This document shows positions 26,130 to 38,129 of a DNA stretch of 64,000 nucleotides, piece by piece. The DNA comes from Mobula birostris (Eukaryota), in contig NC_092376.1 in assembly GCF_030028105.1 (NCBI RefSeq), positions 37,248,935 through 37,312,934 on the forward strand. The letters are read 5' to 3'. Position numbers and translations under genes: made by a program. Position 1 is the stretch's first letter. The number at the start of each line of letters is the position of its first letter. Under the pieces are notes generated by a model. It saw nothing but the letters and a program-made list of their open reading frames with translations, did not search any database and was not told the DNA's origin.

Positions 26130-26910
26130 CCACTCAATAGGTTTCCATTAAATTACTCCTTATCTTCTGAATTCCAGTGAATACGGGTCCAGAGCCATCA
26201 AATGGTCTTTATATGACAAGCCATTTAATCCTGGTATCATTTTTGTGAAACTTCCTTGAACCCTCTCCAGATTCAGCACATCCTTTCTAAGATAAGGGGC
26301 CCAAAACTGCTCATAATACTCTAAATGAGGTTTTACCAGTGCTTTATAAAGTCTCATCATTACATCCTTGCTTTTATATTCTAGTCCTCTTGAAATAAAT
26401 GTCAACATCGCATTTGTCTTTCTCAGCACTGACTCAACCTACAAATTAACCTTCAGGGAATCCTACACAAGAACTCCCAAGTCCTTTGCACCTCAGTTCT
26501 TTGTATTTTTTTCTGCATTTAGAGAACAGTCAACCCTTTCCTTTCATCTACCAAAGTACATGACCATACACTTCCCTATACTGTCTTCCACCTTCCATTT
26601 CTTTGCCCTTTCTTCTCATCTGTCTAAGTCCTTCTGTGGCTGCTTTATTTCCTCAAAACTACCTGCTCCTCCACCTATCTTCATATCGTCTGCAAACTTT
26701 GCAACAAAGCCATTAATTTCATCATCCAAATCATTGACATATAACGTAAAAAGAATCGGTCTCAACACAGACTCCTGTGGAACACTGCTAGTCACTGGCA
26801 GCCAGCCAGAAAAGGCTCCCTTTATTCCCACTTGTTGCTTCTGCCTATCAGCCACTGCTTTCTCTATGCTGGAATCTTTCCTGTAACACCATGGGTCCAT
26901 AGCTTGTTAA

Positions 26911-28912
26911 ACATAGAACATAGAACAGTACAGCACAGTACAGGTCCTTTGGCCAACAATGTTGTGCCGACCCTTAAACCCTGCCTCCCATATAACCCCC
27001 CACCTTAAATTCCTCCATATACCTGTCTAGTAGTCTCTTAAACTTCACTAGTGTACCTGCCTCCACCATTGACTCAGGCAATGCATTCCACGCACCAACC
27101 ACTCTCTGAGTAAAAAACTTCCTCTAATATCCCCCTTGAACTTCCCACCCCTTACCTTAAAGCCATATCCTCTTGTACTGAGCAGTGGTGCCCTGGGGAA
27201 GAGGCACTGGCTGTCCACTCTATCCATTCCTCTTAATATCTTGTATACCTCTATCATGTCTCCTCTCATCCTCCTTCTCTCCAGAGAGTAAAGCCCTAGC
27301 TCCCTTAATCTCTGATCATAATGCACAGTCTCTAAAGCAGGCAGCATCCTGGTAAATCTCCTCTGTACCCTTTCCAATGCTTCCACATCCTTCCTATAGT
27401 GAGGCGACTAGAACTGGACACAGTACTCCAAGAGTGGCCTAATCAGAGTTTTATAGAACTGCATCATTACCCTGTGACTCTTAAACTCTATCCCTCGACT
27501 TATGAAAGCTAACACTCCATAAGCATTCTTAACTACCCTATCTACCTGTGAGGCAACTTTCAGGGATCTGTGGACATGTACCCCCAGATCCCTCTGCTCC
27601 TCCACACTACCAAGTATCCTGTCATTTACTTTGTACACTGCCTTGGAGTTTGTCCTTCCAAAGTGTACCACCTCACACTTCCCCGGGTTGAACTCCATCT
27701 GCCACTTCTCAATCCACTTCTACATCTTATCAATGTCTCTCTGCAATCTGCAACAATCCTCTACACAATCCACAACACCACCAACCTTTGCGTGGTCTGC
27801 AAACTTGCCAACCCACCCTTCTACCCCCACATCCAGGTCGTTAATAAAGATCACAAAAAGTAGAGGTCCCAGAACAGATCCTTGTGGGACACCACTAGTC
27901 ACAATCCTCCAATCTCAACGTACTCCCTCCACCACCACCCTCTGCCTTCTGCAGGCAAGTCAATTCCAAATCCACCTGGCCAAACTTCCCTGGATCCCAT
28001 GCCTTCTGACTTTCTGAATAAGCCTACCATGTGGAACCTTGTCAAATGCCTTACTAAAATCCATGTAGATCATATCCACTGCACTACCCTCATCAACATG
28101 CCTCAAAGAACTCTATCAGGCTTGTTAGACATGATCTGCCCTTCACAAAGCCATGCTGACTGTCCCTGATCAGACCATGATTCTCTAAAAGCCCATAGAT
28201 CCTATCTCTAAGAGTCTTTTCCAACAGCTTTCCCACCACAGACGTAAGGCTCACTGGTCTATAATTACCCGGACTATCCCTACTACCTTTTCTGAACAAA
28301 GGGGCAACATTTGCCTCCCTCCAATCCTCCAGTACCATTCCCATGGACAACGAGGATATAAAGATCCTAGCCAGAGGCTCAGCAATCTCTTCCCTTGTCT
28401 CATGGAGCAACCTGGGGAATACTCCGGTCAGGCCCCGAGGACTTATCCATAGCAACTCCAAAAACCTCCTCTCCCTTAATATCAACATGCTCCAGAACAT
28501 CAACCTCACTCATATTGTCCTCATCGTCATCAAGTTCCCTCTCATTGGTGAATACTGAAGAGAAGTATTCATTGAGGACCTCGCTCATTTCCACAGCCTC
28601 CAGGCACATCTTCCCATCTTCATCTCTAATCGGTCCTATCTTCACTCCTGTCATCCTTTTTTTCTTCACATAATTGAAGAATGCCTTGGGGTTTTCCTTT
28701 ACTCTACTTGCCGAGGACTTTTCATGCTCCCTTCTTGCTCTCCTAAGCCCCTTCTTAAGCTCCTTTCTTGCTACCCTATATTCCTCAATAGACACATCTG
28801 ATCCTTGGTCCTTAAACCTCACGTATGCTGCTTTCTTCCACCTGACTAGATTCTCCACCTCACTTGTCACCCATGGTTCCTTCACCCTACCATTCTTTAT
28901 CTTCCTCATGAG
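26911..28912 (-). mobile_element. Younger CR1 nested in the older CR1
   Basis: (catagaa)n tail; gttaa duplication 26906-26910 / 28913-28917; RT ORF pieces. Confidence 0.92.
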
Positions 28913-29589
28913 GTTAAGCAGCCTCATGTGTGGCATCTTGTCAAAAGCCTTCTGAAAATCCAAGTACACAACATCAACCAATTCTCCTTTGCCTATCCTG
29001 CTTGTTATTTCCTCAAAGAATTCCAACAGATTTGTGAAGCAAGATTTTCCCTTGAGGAAACCATGCTGACTATGCCCGATTTTATCATGTGCCTCCAAGT
29101 ACCCTGAAACCACATCTTCAACAATCAACTGCAACATCTTCCCAACCACTGAGGTTAGACTAACTGGCCCATAATTTCCTTTCTTCTGCCTCTCTCCCTT
29201 CCTGTAGAGTGCAATTTTCCAGTCTTCCAGGATCTAGTGATTCTTAAAAGATCATTACTAATGCCTCCACAATTTCTTCAGCCACCTCTTTCGGAACCCA
29301 GGGGTGTACGCCATCTGGTACATTCACCTCCATCCTGTGTGGTTTCTGGGTTTTTTTAGCTGGCAGAGGAAAGCCTGCCGAAACACATTTTCTGGTATCA
29401 TTGGCTTCCTTGACGGCCTTTCTTGAGGAAAGTTGACTTTGGCTATAGTACCTGAGCCAAAGCCTGAACTCCTCTCTCTAATAATGGCCTAATGAAAGGA
29501 GCATGTATACAGTTAAAGGTAATGCATTGTGGTGAAGAAGGACTTTGAGGCCCATTATACACTGAAATTGGCACTGCAAGTGGATAAAT

Positions 29590-30087
29590 AGCACGTGGAT
29601 GAATGTGTATGGCATGCTTACCTTCATTGAGGAGTGTTGAGTATAAGTGTAAGGAAGTCTTGAACCAGTTGCATACAACTTTATTCTACTGTGTGCAGTT
29701 CTGGTTGTCCCAGTATAGGAATGAAATGGAGACTGTGCAAGGTTGCAGAAGAGGTTTACCAATATGCTGCCTGAGTCAGAGAGTATGGGCAACAAGGAAA
29801 GGTTGGATAAACTTGGGTTGTTCTCCCAGGACATGCTTTTCAGAGCAGAGGGGGGTGGCTTAAAGGTGACATGAGGGTCTAAGTTTTTATGCCAAAAGTG
29901 GTAGGTGCCTAGAATAGGTCACCAAAGTAGGAGTGGCATCAGGCAGTTTTGTGGAGTTTCGAAAGACACATGAATACATAGGGAATAGAAGGATATGGAT
30001 GATACACAGGAGGAGGTCATTTAGTGTAAATTGGCACCGTCAGCTGAATAGCCTGTCCAGTGCTGAACTATCCTATGTTCTGTGTTC
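29590..30087 (+). mobile_element. Decayed CR1 3' fragment
   Basis: YCVQFW motif and tatgttctgtgttc tail. Confidence 0.75.
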
Positions 30088-31065
30088 CATTTAATATGGT
30101 TTCCCATTCACGTTGAGTCACAATATGTCAGGAAAAACAACAAAAGTGTCCTTATAAAAAATATGTAAGTGTAATACAAAAGTTGGTTGTCTGAACTATT
30201 CTTGTCTGATCCTCGTAGATCATTTATCCAGCCCTTTAGCTGTCAGTGTGAATCATAATTAATCTCTCACAAGGGCATGTTCTATTAAAATACAATAGAA
30301 TGCATGAAATTTCTTTGGGATTTCTATGTGGTGGTTCTGAAGGTGATCACTGATGGTGACTCAGCAGGAGAATACAGTCAGGTACAAAGCCACCACTGTC
30401 ACTGTGGGCAAGACTTCTGCCATGAACTGCTCCATACTGGGATCCTGGTAATTCATCCAAAATCGGCTGAGAAGGTAGACACTTATCCAGAATTTGGAAA
30501 TGAAAATTGGTGGGGTTATATAATATGCATCTGGTCTATTTTGGTAAAAAGGAATTTGGTCTTGTATTTTTAGTGAAAATCAGTCTAAAGGAACAGAATA
30601 CAGTATATGTAAATTATTGAAATAATCCATGGTGGTGGATCACCTGACCTCGGGGAGTATCCTGCAATAATAATCAGTGGTTGGTAACACTTTGGAGCAT
30701 CGGTTTGTTTAGTTGATTACTGGTTGATTGGTCAGATACATACCATAAAATGTGAGTTCATTCATAATGCAAATATTTTTATGAGGTGTAGAAGAATTCT
30801 TTGAAATTTTAAATTACAATCTTCTGTTTTAGCAAGCCCTTGATAAGTGCTCTTTGCCCAGTTGTGTAAACTTAATCTAATGCCATTGATTACTCAACAC
30901 ATGACATAAAAGTCTTCCCAACAGCCACACCAATTCTAAGTAATTCTGTTTTAGTTTAGCTTTATAATGAGTAAGTGATTGACTTTCGCCAGAGATTAGA
31001 AGTGAACTCAGTTCTGAGTGCTGAAGTGAAATTAATCTTTTATTTTAAAAACTCTTCTTATGTAG

Positions 31066-31973
31066 GTATGTCGCTGATGTAGTGGCATCTGGGAAAAAGT
31101 TAAGACCTTTGACTTTTAAAGGTTTGTACGTCAACAAGATCTGCAATATATTGGAAAACTCGGGTATCAAAGATTTGGTTTGATATAAAATGCAGCACTG
31201 CTCCTGGTTCCTGCACACTGGAGGACACTTCTACTAAAGAAACTGGAATGGAATCAATACACAGTTCAGATCATCAGAAAGTTCCCATTTCTGTAGTGGT
31301 CATGTGCTTGGAGTCAGCAACATATACCTCAGGAGAAGAGTTTTTCATTGGGTGCAAGAAAGATAACATTAACAAAACTCAGATCGTTGATCCTAAGGGA
31401 GATCAGGACAACACTTCATCACCACTCTGCTGTATCAAGAGGCCATCGGAATTGTACAGGGAGTCTGAACGTGCCAGTCAGAACATTGAAGCCAATGGAC
31501 GTCGGCAGCAAGAAATATCGCTGTATCCCACAGAATGGACTTTGAAAAGTAATATCGTGGAACCAGATTCTGCTTCAGTTCGGAAGATGCCTTCTGTTTC
31601 CTCCATGTATAAAAATACATGCAGTTCAGCAAATTCACCATCTGAGCTAAAAGTCAAGAATCTTGGATCAAGTGTTATTGTATTTTCTGACTATGTACGT
31701 CAAGCTGAATCTACACCCCATAAAAACACTGAACTCTACATCTACGAAGCATCAGATGTGTTTTGTGAACCTTCTTCGTCTGAAGATAATTCCACAGAGA
31801 TGTCACACGATGCGGGATATTTTATGAGAAAGAGAAGGCAAGGTGTCAGTGGGGAGCAGAGATGCAATGCTACCAATGTGAGTGCAAGACTCTGCCAGTT
31901 TAGGAAATACGCTGAGGAACTAGAGGTCCCTGATAAAGACAATCCAGGGGAGAATAAAGAAATGAGAGAAGAG
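31066..31973 (+). pseudogene. GREB1-like exon E (908 nt; conserved start, then long Ser/Glu-rich region)
   Basis: Acceptor tcttcttatgtag|, strong donor gag|gtaaga. Stops at 31080, 31101, 31110, then open 31113-31973 (contains most of ORF 31248..32132). DL*LLKVCTSTRSAI has the same spacing as recalled DLRLIDSSYLTRTAL. Confidence 0.75.
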
Positions 31974-32547
31974 GTAAGAATGTCAAAAAGTTTTAAATTA
32001 CGAAATAGATCTTTGCAATGGATGGTTCAGCAAATATGTATATATTATGCCAAATACAGCATTTTTCTAAATGTACAAACATCAAATGAAACTAGAAGTG
32101 CTTTCTGTTTCACTTTATGTTACTCCACTTAGAAAAATGCAGTTAGAAATAGTCCACATGTCTGGCAGCATCCATGGAGAGGGAAAAATATCATAAGAAC
32201 TGCAGCACAGTATGTTCACATTAATATGGTTTATTCTTTAACAAGCAGAAAAACCTAGTTTGAATTTTGGCTTATTACAAGCTAAATTATTTTTTATTAA
32301 ATTATGTCACATGCACAGTTGAGCAACCTTTGATATAAAATGAGAAGAGAACAGCAAAACACAGAGATAAGTGATCTCTGTGAATATGGTTTGGTTTAGC
32401 TGGGACAAAGCAAAGACAAAGTGAGAACTGTGATTTTCACAGTGTACAAATAGGCAATAAGTGTTATATTTTTTCAATATAAAGTAGCTTCATTTCTGTT
32501 ACTTCTGCTAGAGATTAATAAGGAAAGAATTAAGTCATTCTTTACAG

Positions 32548-32632
32548 AGGCATCTCTTGGATAAAGATCTGATCAGCAGCTTCATTATTCCAGACGATTT
32601 AAGAATGCACATCCCAATAATGCAAACCAAAA
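32548..32632 (+). pseudogene. Exon F (RHLLDKDLISSFIIPDDLRMHIPIMQTK)
   Basis: Acceptor tcattctttacag|, donor |gtaagg. Only the phase-0 frame is open, which matches the phase-0 donor at 31973. Confidence 0.6.
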
Positions 32633-32940
32633 GTAAGGTTTTTGTAATTGAACTTGCTAGGGATTAGATTTAGGGAATCACTGTGCAAGGTTAATATAGG
32701 TAAATAAATGGTGAAATGTTGTCGTTGATCTCCATTACAATGAGAATGATGCTGTGGTTTCAGCCAGTGTCGTGATTGACTCCATTAGTGAGGAACGAGT
32801 GTTTGCCTTAAGGGCCGCCTTGAGAGCCGGAATGCAAGTAAAATATCTGGAATAATAGACTACAGAGCATAACATGAAGTAAAAAAGAAAGAGTCTGTCT
32901 TGGAATCTTATGATTTATTCATAAGGAGAGATTAAATCTA

Positions 32941-33268
32941 GTCATAGATCATAAGGTGTAGGAGCAGAATTAGGCCATTTGGCCAATTGAGTGTGCTCCG
33001 TCATTTGATATGATTGATTTATTTTCCCTCATAATCTCATTCTCCTGCCTTCTCCCCTTAACGACTCAAGAAACTATCAACCTCTGCTTTAAATATACCC
33101 AGAGATTTGGCCTCCATTGCCATCTTCAGCAATAAATTACGCTGCTTCACCACCCTCTGGCTGAAGAAGTTCCTCCTCTTCTCTGTTTTAAAGGGATACC
33201 CTTCTATTCTGAGACTATCCTAGATTCTGGTACTATTGAAAACATCCTCTCCATGTCCACTCTATCTG
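32941..33268 (-). mobile_element. CR1 3' fragment
   Basis: Similar to 18628-18990. Confidence 0.8.
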
Positions 33269-33679
33269 GTTGTTCTGGTTGCTGCAACTGGACAAAAAAA
33301 AAGATCTAAAAGTGCCAAACAGTAACTCTACTGTCACTCTAATTACAGAGAGAGATAGATGGCCCAAACTATGTACGGAGAGCTCGTGTTGAGACAGATT
33401 CTAGGATTAGGTGAAGGGAGAAGTAGAATGAAAGGACTACTAGCATGAAGCAAAAAATGTTAGGGGCAAGGAGGAGCATTCTAATTTCTGTGCCTCCTTA
33501 GATCTGACCAAGTAAAAGTTTTGGAATTAAGGTATGTTACAACTCAAACAGAGGCTATTTGGACCTTGGTTCTCTGACAGTTGATATGGACACATTCAGC
33601 CTGAACCCACTTCCTGTCTTTTGGGTTTAATCATCCAAACAGCAATTAAGTATAATGAGAACTTTTGTGAGAGACCCAG

Positions 33680-33807
33680 TTCAGTTGGAAGGTCTCCACC
33701 TGAAATGTCGATTTCTTATTTCCCTCCATAGTGCTGCTTGACCCTTTGCGTTTCTCCAGTGTTTTGGGTGTGGCTCCAAATTCCAGCATCTGCAGTCTCT
33801 TGTGTCT
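33680..33807 (+). mobile_element. PLE 3' terminal fragment
   Basis: gaaggtctccacctgaaatgtcga..ccagcatctgcagtctcttgtgtct. Confidence 0.75.
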
Positions 33808-34478
33808 ACATTACAGCAGTGCTGTGTAGTGGATGATCAAACGGATTTATTTAATGAAAGTTTGTGAAGTTTATAGGATAACACACAGCGACTCAAGTAT
33901 CATTAAGAACCTGCACCAGTTATTGATATAGTCCATTGAACAGCCCAGTTAAAGCAAAATCATGCACAAGTCAATGCTTCCAGCGTGGTGATTTGGAGCT
34001 TTTGTTTCAGAAGCCCCAAAATTCATTTACCGAAGAGAAAATAAATAACTTGCATTTACATAACATCTTATTTAAAAGGACTTTAGTACCCATTCTGATT
34101 AATTGAAGCAGCCACATTGCACTCAGCAAGATCCAAAAAGCAGGTAATTGATGCGAGTTGGAAGGATAAAGGTTAGCAGAACACCCCTACTCACCCAGTA
34201 GTCCTGCTGTGCCCACTTGAGAAAGCAGACAGAATCCCAAATCCTATACCTGATGAATCCTCTCAGCTTGCTGCCGGGCCTTCTTGGGTCCACTGATCTA
34301 CCTCCTGGCTTGTCTTCCCAAATTCTGCTATCAGCTGGTAATGAGCATGAGGACCTGAAATAACCCCTGTTGCACCACTTCACTGAATAGCCAAGTTTGT
34401 GTGTGCAGGCATTAAATAATGGCGAGGAAATGTGGAATATTGTGTCACCATCCTCTCTTTCTTCATTTTTGTTTTTAG

Positions 34479-34624
34479 GTATTAGGCAAAGGGAGGAAAT
34501 TCATTGTTGTGATGCTTTGACTTTATGTTGCCCCCCCCCCTCCCCACGGCACAGCTGAAAGTAGTCAGTCAGTCATTTTCTTCCTTTCTTTGGTGACTGG
34601 CCAGCTAAGAGTTAAACCCTATAT
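34479..34624 (+). pseudogene. Possible pseudo-exon with decayed Walker-A-like segment
   Basis: Long polypyrimidine acceptor, donor |gtaagt; phase 1 to 0 bridges exons F and G. FFGDWPAKS*TLY loosely like LTGPPQVGKTGAY; 3 stops and a poly-C run. Confidence 0.4.
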
Positions 34625-35217
34625 GTAAGTAAGAATTGCCCATAGTTTGTACACGGCTCTCAGAACCAGTGAACATTCATGAACCAAAAATAGCACATAT
34701 CACTGTGTGTCAGATTTTGGTCACATCTTTAGCTAACTGTGGAGGCACTCTAGCTCCAGGGACTTAATTAGCAGACAGGATAGGGTTTAATGAATCCCAC
34801 AGCACAGATTCATGGTATACTACAATGAAAGCACCTTGTGTGTGCACTTGCTTCCAAAGTGTTGTCAAGTAGCAATCCATCAAACACAATGTTTTAATCT
34901 GATGAGTTTTTCCTCATAAGTGCTACTTTAAAAAGGTTACTTCAAACTTACATTTTTTTAAATAGCCATTAAATCATTTTAGCAATGAAATGCATTTTTG
35001 GATAACTGCTTTTATTTTTACTGCAAAGTATTAACACTTACCACTGGAAATTTTTCAGTGTAGCTTTCGTCTGTGAGTGGTTTTATAATGATAGAAAGAA
35101 ATATTCAAAGTTATGAGCAACTGAGCAAAGTAACTCCAATTTTCACAAATAATGTCATTGTAAACATAAAGTCCCGTGTTCTAGGTCAAATTCAGGTAAT
35201 TTTCTGGTGTTATTGTA

Positions 35218-36795
35218 GACAGGTGAGCCTCACGTCAGTGGTAAGGAAGTTACTGGAGAGAATTCTTAGGGATAGGATTTGTGTGCATTTAGAAAACCAT
35301 AGCCCAATTAGGGAAAGCCAGCATGGCTTTGCACTGGGCAAGTTGTGACTTACTAACTTGATTGAGTTTTTTGACAAGGTGACGAGAGTGATTGATGAAG
35401 GTAGAGCTGCGGATGTTGTCTACACGAATTTTAGTAAGGCGTTTGACAAGGTCCCTCATGGGAGGCTCATTCAGAAGATTAAGATGCACAGGGTCCAGAA
35501 CTGGCTTACAAACAGAAGATGGAGGATATTGGCCTTATTACAGCTGGAGGTCTGTGATTAGTGTTGTTCTGCACGGAACTGTACTGGGATCTTTGCTGTT
35601 TGTGATGTACATAGATGACCATGATGAAAATGTCAATTGGTGGGTTCGTAAGTTTGCAGATGATACAAAGATTGGTTGTGTTGTGGATAGCATAGAAGAC
35701 CGGCAAAAAATATAAAATGATATAGATCAGTTGCAGATATGGGCAGAGATAAGGCAGATAGAGTTTAATGCAGCTGAATGTGGTAGGTCAAATGTAAAGA
35801 GACAGTACACTGCTAAGGGTAAGACCCTTAACAGTGTTGATGAGCAGAGGGATCTTGGGCTTCAGGTTCACAGCTGGCTGAAAGTAGCTACAAATGTAGA
35901 TAGAGCATATGGCATGCTTGCCACTATTAGTCGAGGCATTGACTTCAAAAGTCAGGAAGTTAATGTTGCAGCTTTATAAAACTCCAATTAGGCCGCATCT
36001 GGAGTATTGCATACAGTTCTGGTCACCTCATTATAGGAAGGATGTCGAGGCTTTGGAGAGGGTGCAGAATGTTGTCTGGGTTACAGGGCATGTGCTATAA
36101 TGAGAAGTTGGACAAACTTAGGTTGTTTTCTCTGGTGTGGTGGAAGCTGAGGAGGTATCTGATAGAGGTTTATAAGATTATGAAAGGCATAGATAGAGTA
36201 CCCAGACAGTATTTTTCCCAGGGTTGAAATATCTAAAACCAGAAGGAATGCATTTAAAGTGTAGTTTCATAGGAGTTGGTACTTTCAAAGCAGATGTGAG
36301 GGCAGCTTTTTTTTCACCCAGAGAGTGGTGGGTGCCTGGAATGCCCTACCTGAGGTGGTGGTAGAGGCAGAAACATTAGGGATGTTTAAGAGACTGAAGC
36401 ACCTTCAATAACTCCAAAAGACTGAGGTTGGGTAAAATACTAAAAGGCTTTTATTCGCTGTACAATACGACCTCCATGGTGAGTGTCTGCCCCCGGACTG
36501 AGGGGGAGGGGCAAGGCGAAACACCTTTATACAGGAATCTGTGAGAGGAGCCACAGGGGCAGTCAGCAGAGGGGCGTGTCCAGACCGTTAACCCAGTTAC
36601 AACATATATATGGTTTACCACAGAGACATTTAGATAGGCACATGAAAATGAAGAAAATGGAGGGACATGAACGTTGTGTAGGCAGAAGAGATTTGTTTAG
36701 TTGACCACTTGATGACTAATTTAATTGGTTTGGCACAGCATTGTGGGCCGAAGGGCCTGTTCCTGTGCTGTACTGGTCTATGTTCTATTTTCTAT
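35218..36795 (+). mobile_element. CR1 RT/3' fragment interrupted by a solo LTR
   Basis: FSKAFDKVPH, KFADD, YCIQFWSP; tatgttctat tail. Confidence 0.9.
36395..36622 (-). mobile_element. Solo LTR (228 bp)
   Basis: TG...CA termini, 5-bp TSD gagac (36390-36394, 36623-36627), minus-strand TATAAA then AATAAA; CR1 resumes precisely. Confidence 0.85.
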
Positions 36796-38129
36796 GAGTG
36801 AGGTGTCATTTCCCTTGTTTAAAAAATGTTAATTCTCTAATCTGAATCAAGTGTGTGCACCTGGGATTATATATTCTGTGAGTATTGAAGAAATTTTTTT
36901 CTGAAGGATGAATGGAAATGCTGTGTAAGAGAAGCCAATAAAAACACTGACCTATTGAAATATGATGTTACTGGAGCAAAAAGAGAACTCTGGGACCGCT
37001 GCTCATGGAATGTTGTGTGAACATCTCAAGTTCATCCTTAACTCTGGCAATAGCCAAAGGTTCCAAAGTTGATGACTTGATTGGGTATCATTATCCAAAC
37101 ACTTGTGTCACCTTTCATCCAGCTGCATTACTGCAGAATTGTAATCCTAATTGAATCTGTTCATAGCTGGTCAATAACGAATTCTTTTCCCCTTCTTTAC
37201 ATTGACATAATGAGTTAAGGTAATGTATTTCACGGCATTTTCAAAATGTCTTTGTTATCATCGCCTATTTGGAATATAAGCAAAATAACTTGTTCTGGAT
37301 GCCGGTTGAATCAGTGGATGTATATGCTAGCATTAGTTGGTATTTGCTCAGTTGGAGTACATTTGGCAGTATGATATTTACAGCTCATTGCTCAAGATAT
37401 ATTTACACTACTTCAGGGATGCTTCTTTAATTCTATGACTTCCAAGGAAACATATTTATCTTTTTAAAAAACTCAAATCACGATACATATTGAACAAATA
37501 GTTTCAATATTTCATCAAAGATGGAAAAGCAATTGAAATGCTACTGAATGTAAAAAGACAGGAAATTATAAACTCTATGTAATTCTCTGCAAATCTTGAT
37601 AAACAGTGAATATTTTCATAGAATCATGGGGTTGGATTGTAACATAGAGTGTATTGACTCCATTGCATCCATGAGCTCTCTAACTGAGCAACTTGGCAGC
37701 TCCACTCTCTGTCCCTGCTCCATAGACTTACAAATATTTCTTCAGAGATGCTAGTCCTGTAAACCAGCAAAAGGTATAAAATAGTGGTTTATCAGCTGAG
37801 GTCCTGAAATGTAAAAGTCAATAGTTGCATGGGCTTTGTAGCTAAAGTTAAAGGATCAATTGAGTCCAGTTAGTGGAAAGTGTGGGAATTGATGAAGTAA
37901 TATTTCAATGAACATTTGTGAGCAAATGGCTTAACAGAGTTAGGGAATCATGCAATGTGAAAGACAAGACCTAGTTGGCTAATTTAATACAATAGTTTGG
38001 CCAAGCAAAGAGCTAAGAGGAATGCAGAAGATGAAATACTTAGCATTTTTCAGAAATGGTTGACGACAAATGCAAATGAAGAAGCCTTTGCCTGAACACA
38101 GCAAAATCTCAACAATCCTTCATGCAGGG

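Larger units (their letters stand above)
18628..29320 (-). mobile_element. Older CR1 split into three pieces (18628-18999, 26130-26910, 28913-29320)
   Basis: Pieces rejoin into contiguous ORF2 once the TSD-flanked insertions are removed. Confidence 0.9.

Noticed and set aside
28400-29149. 249-aa ORF as a novel protein
   Set aside because: Chance in-frame fusion across the junction of two nested CR1 copies near 28912.
31066-31185. SAND-like P-x2-F..S..WK spacing from a frameshifted reading (YVADVVASGKKLRPLTFK/VCTSTRSAIYWK)
   Set aside because: It needs an ad hoc frameshift; the unshifted frame fits the GREB1 DLRL..TRTAL motif better.
31974-32132. C-terminal part of the 294-aa ORF as coding
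   Set aside because: It follows a strong splice donor and is AT-rich; most likely intron read-through.
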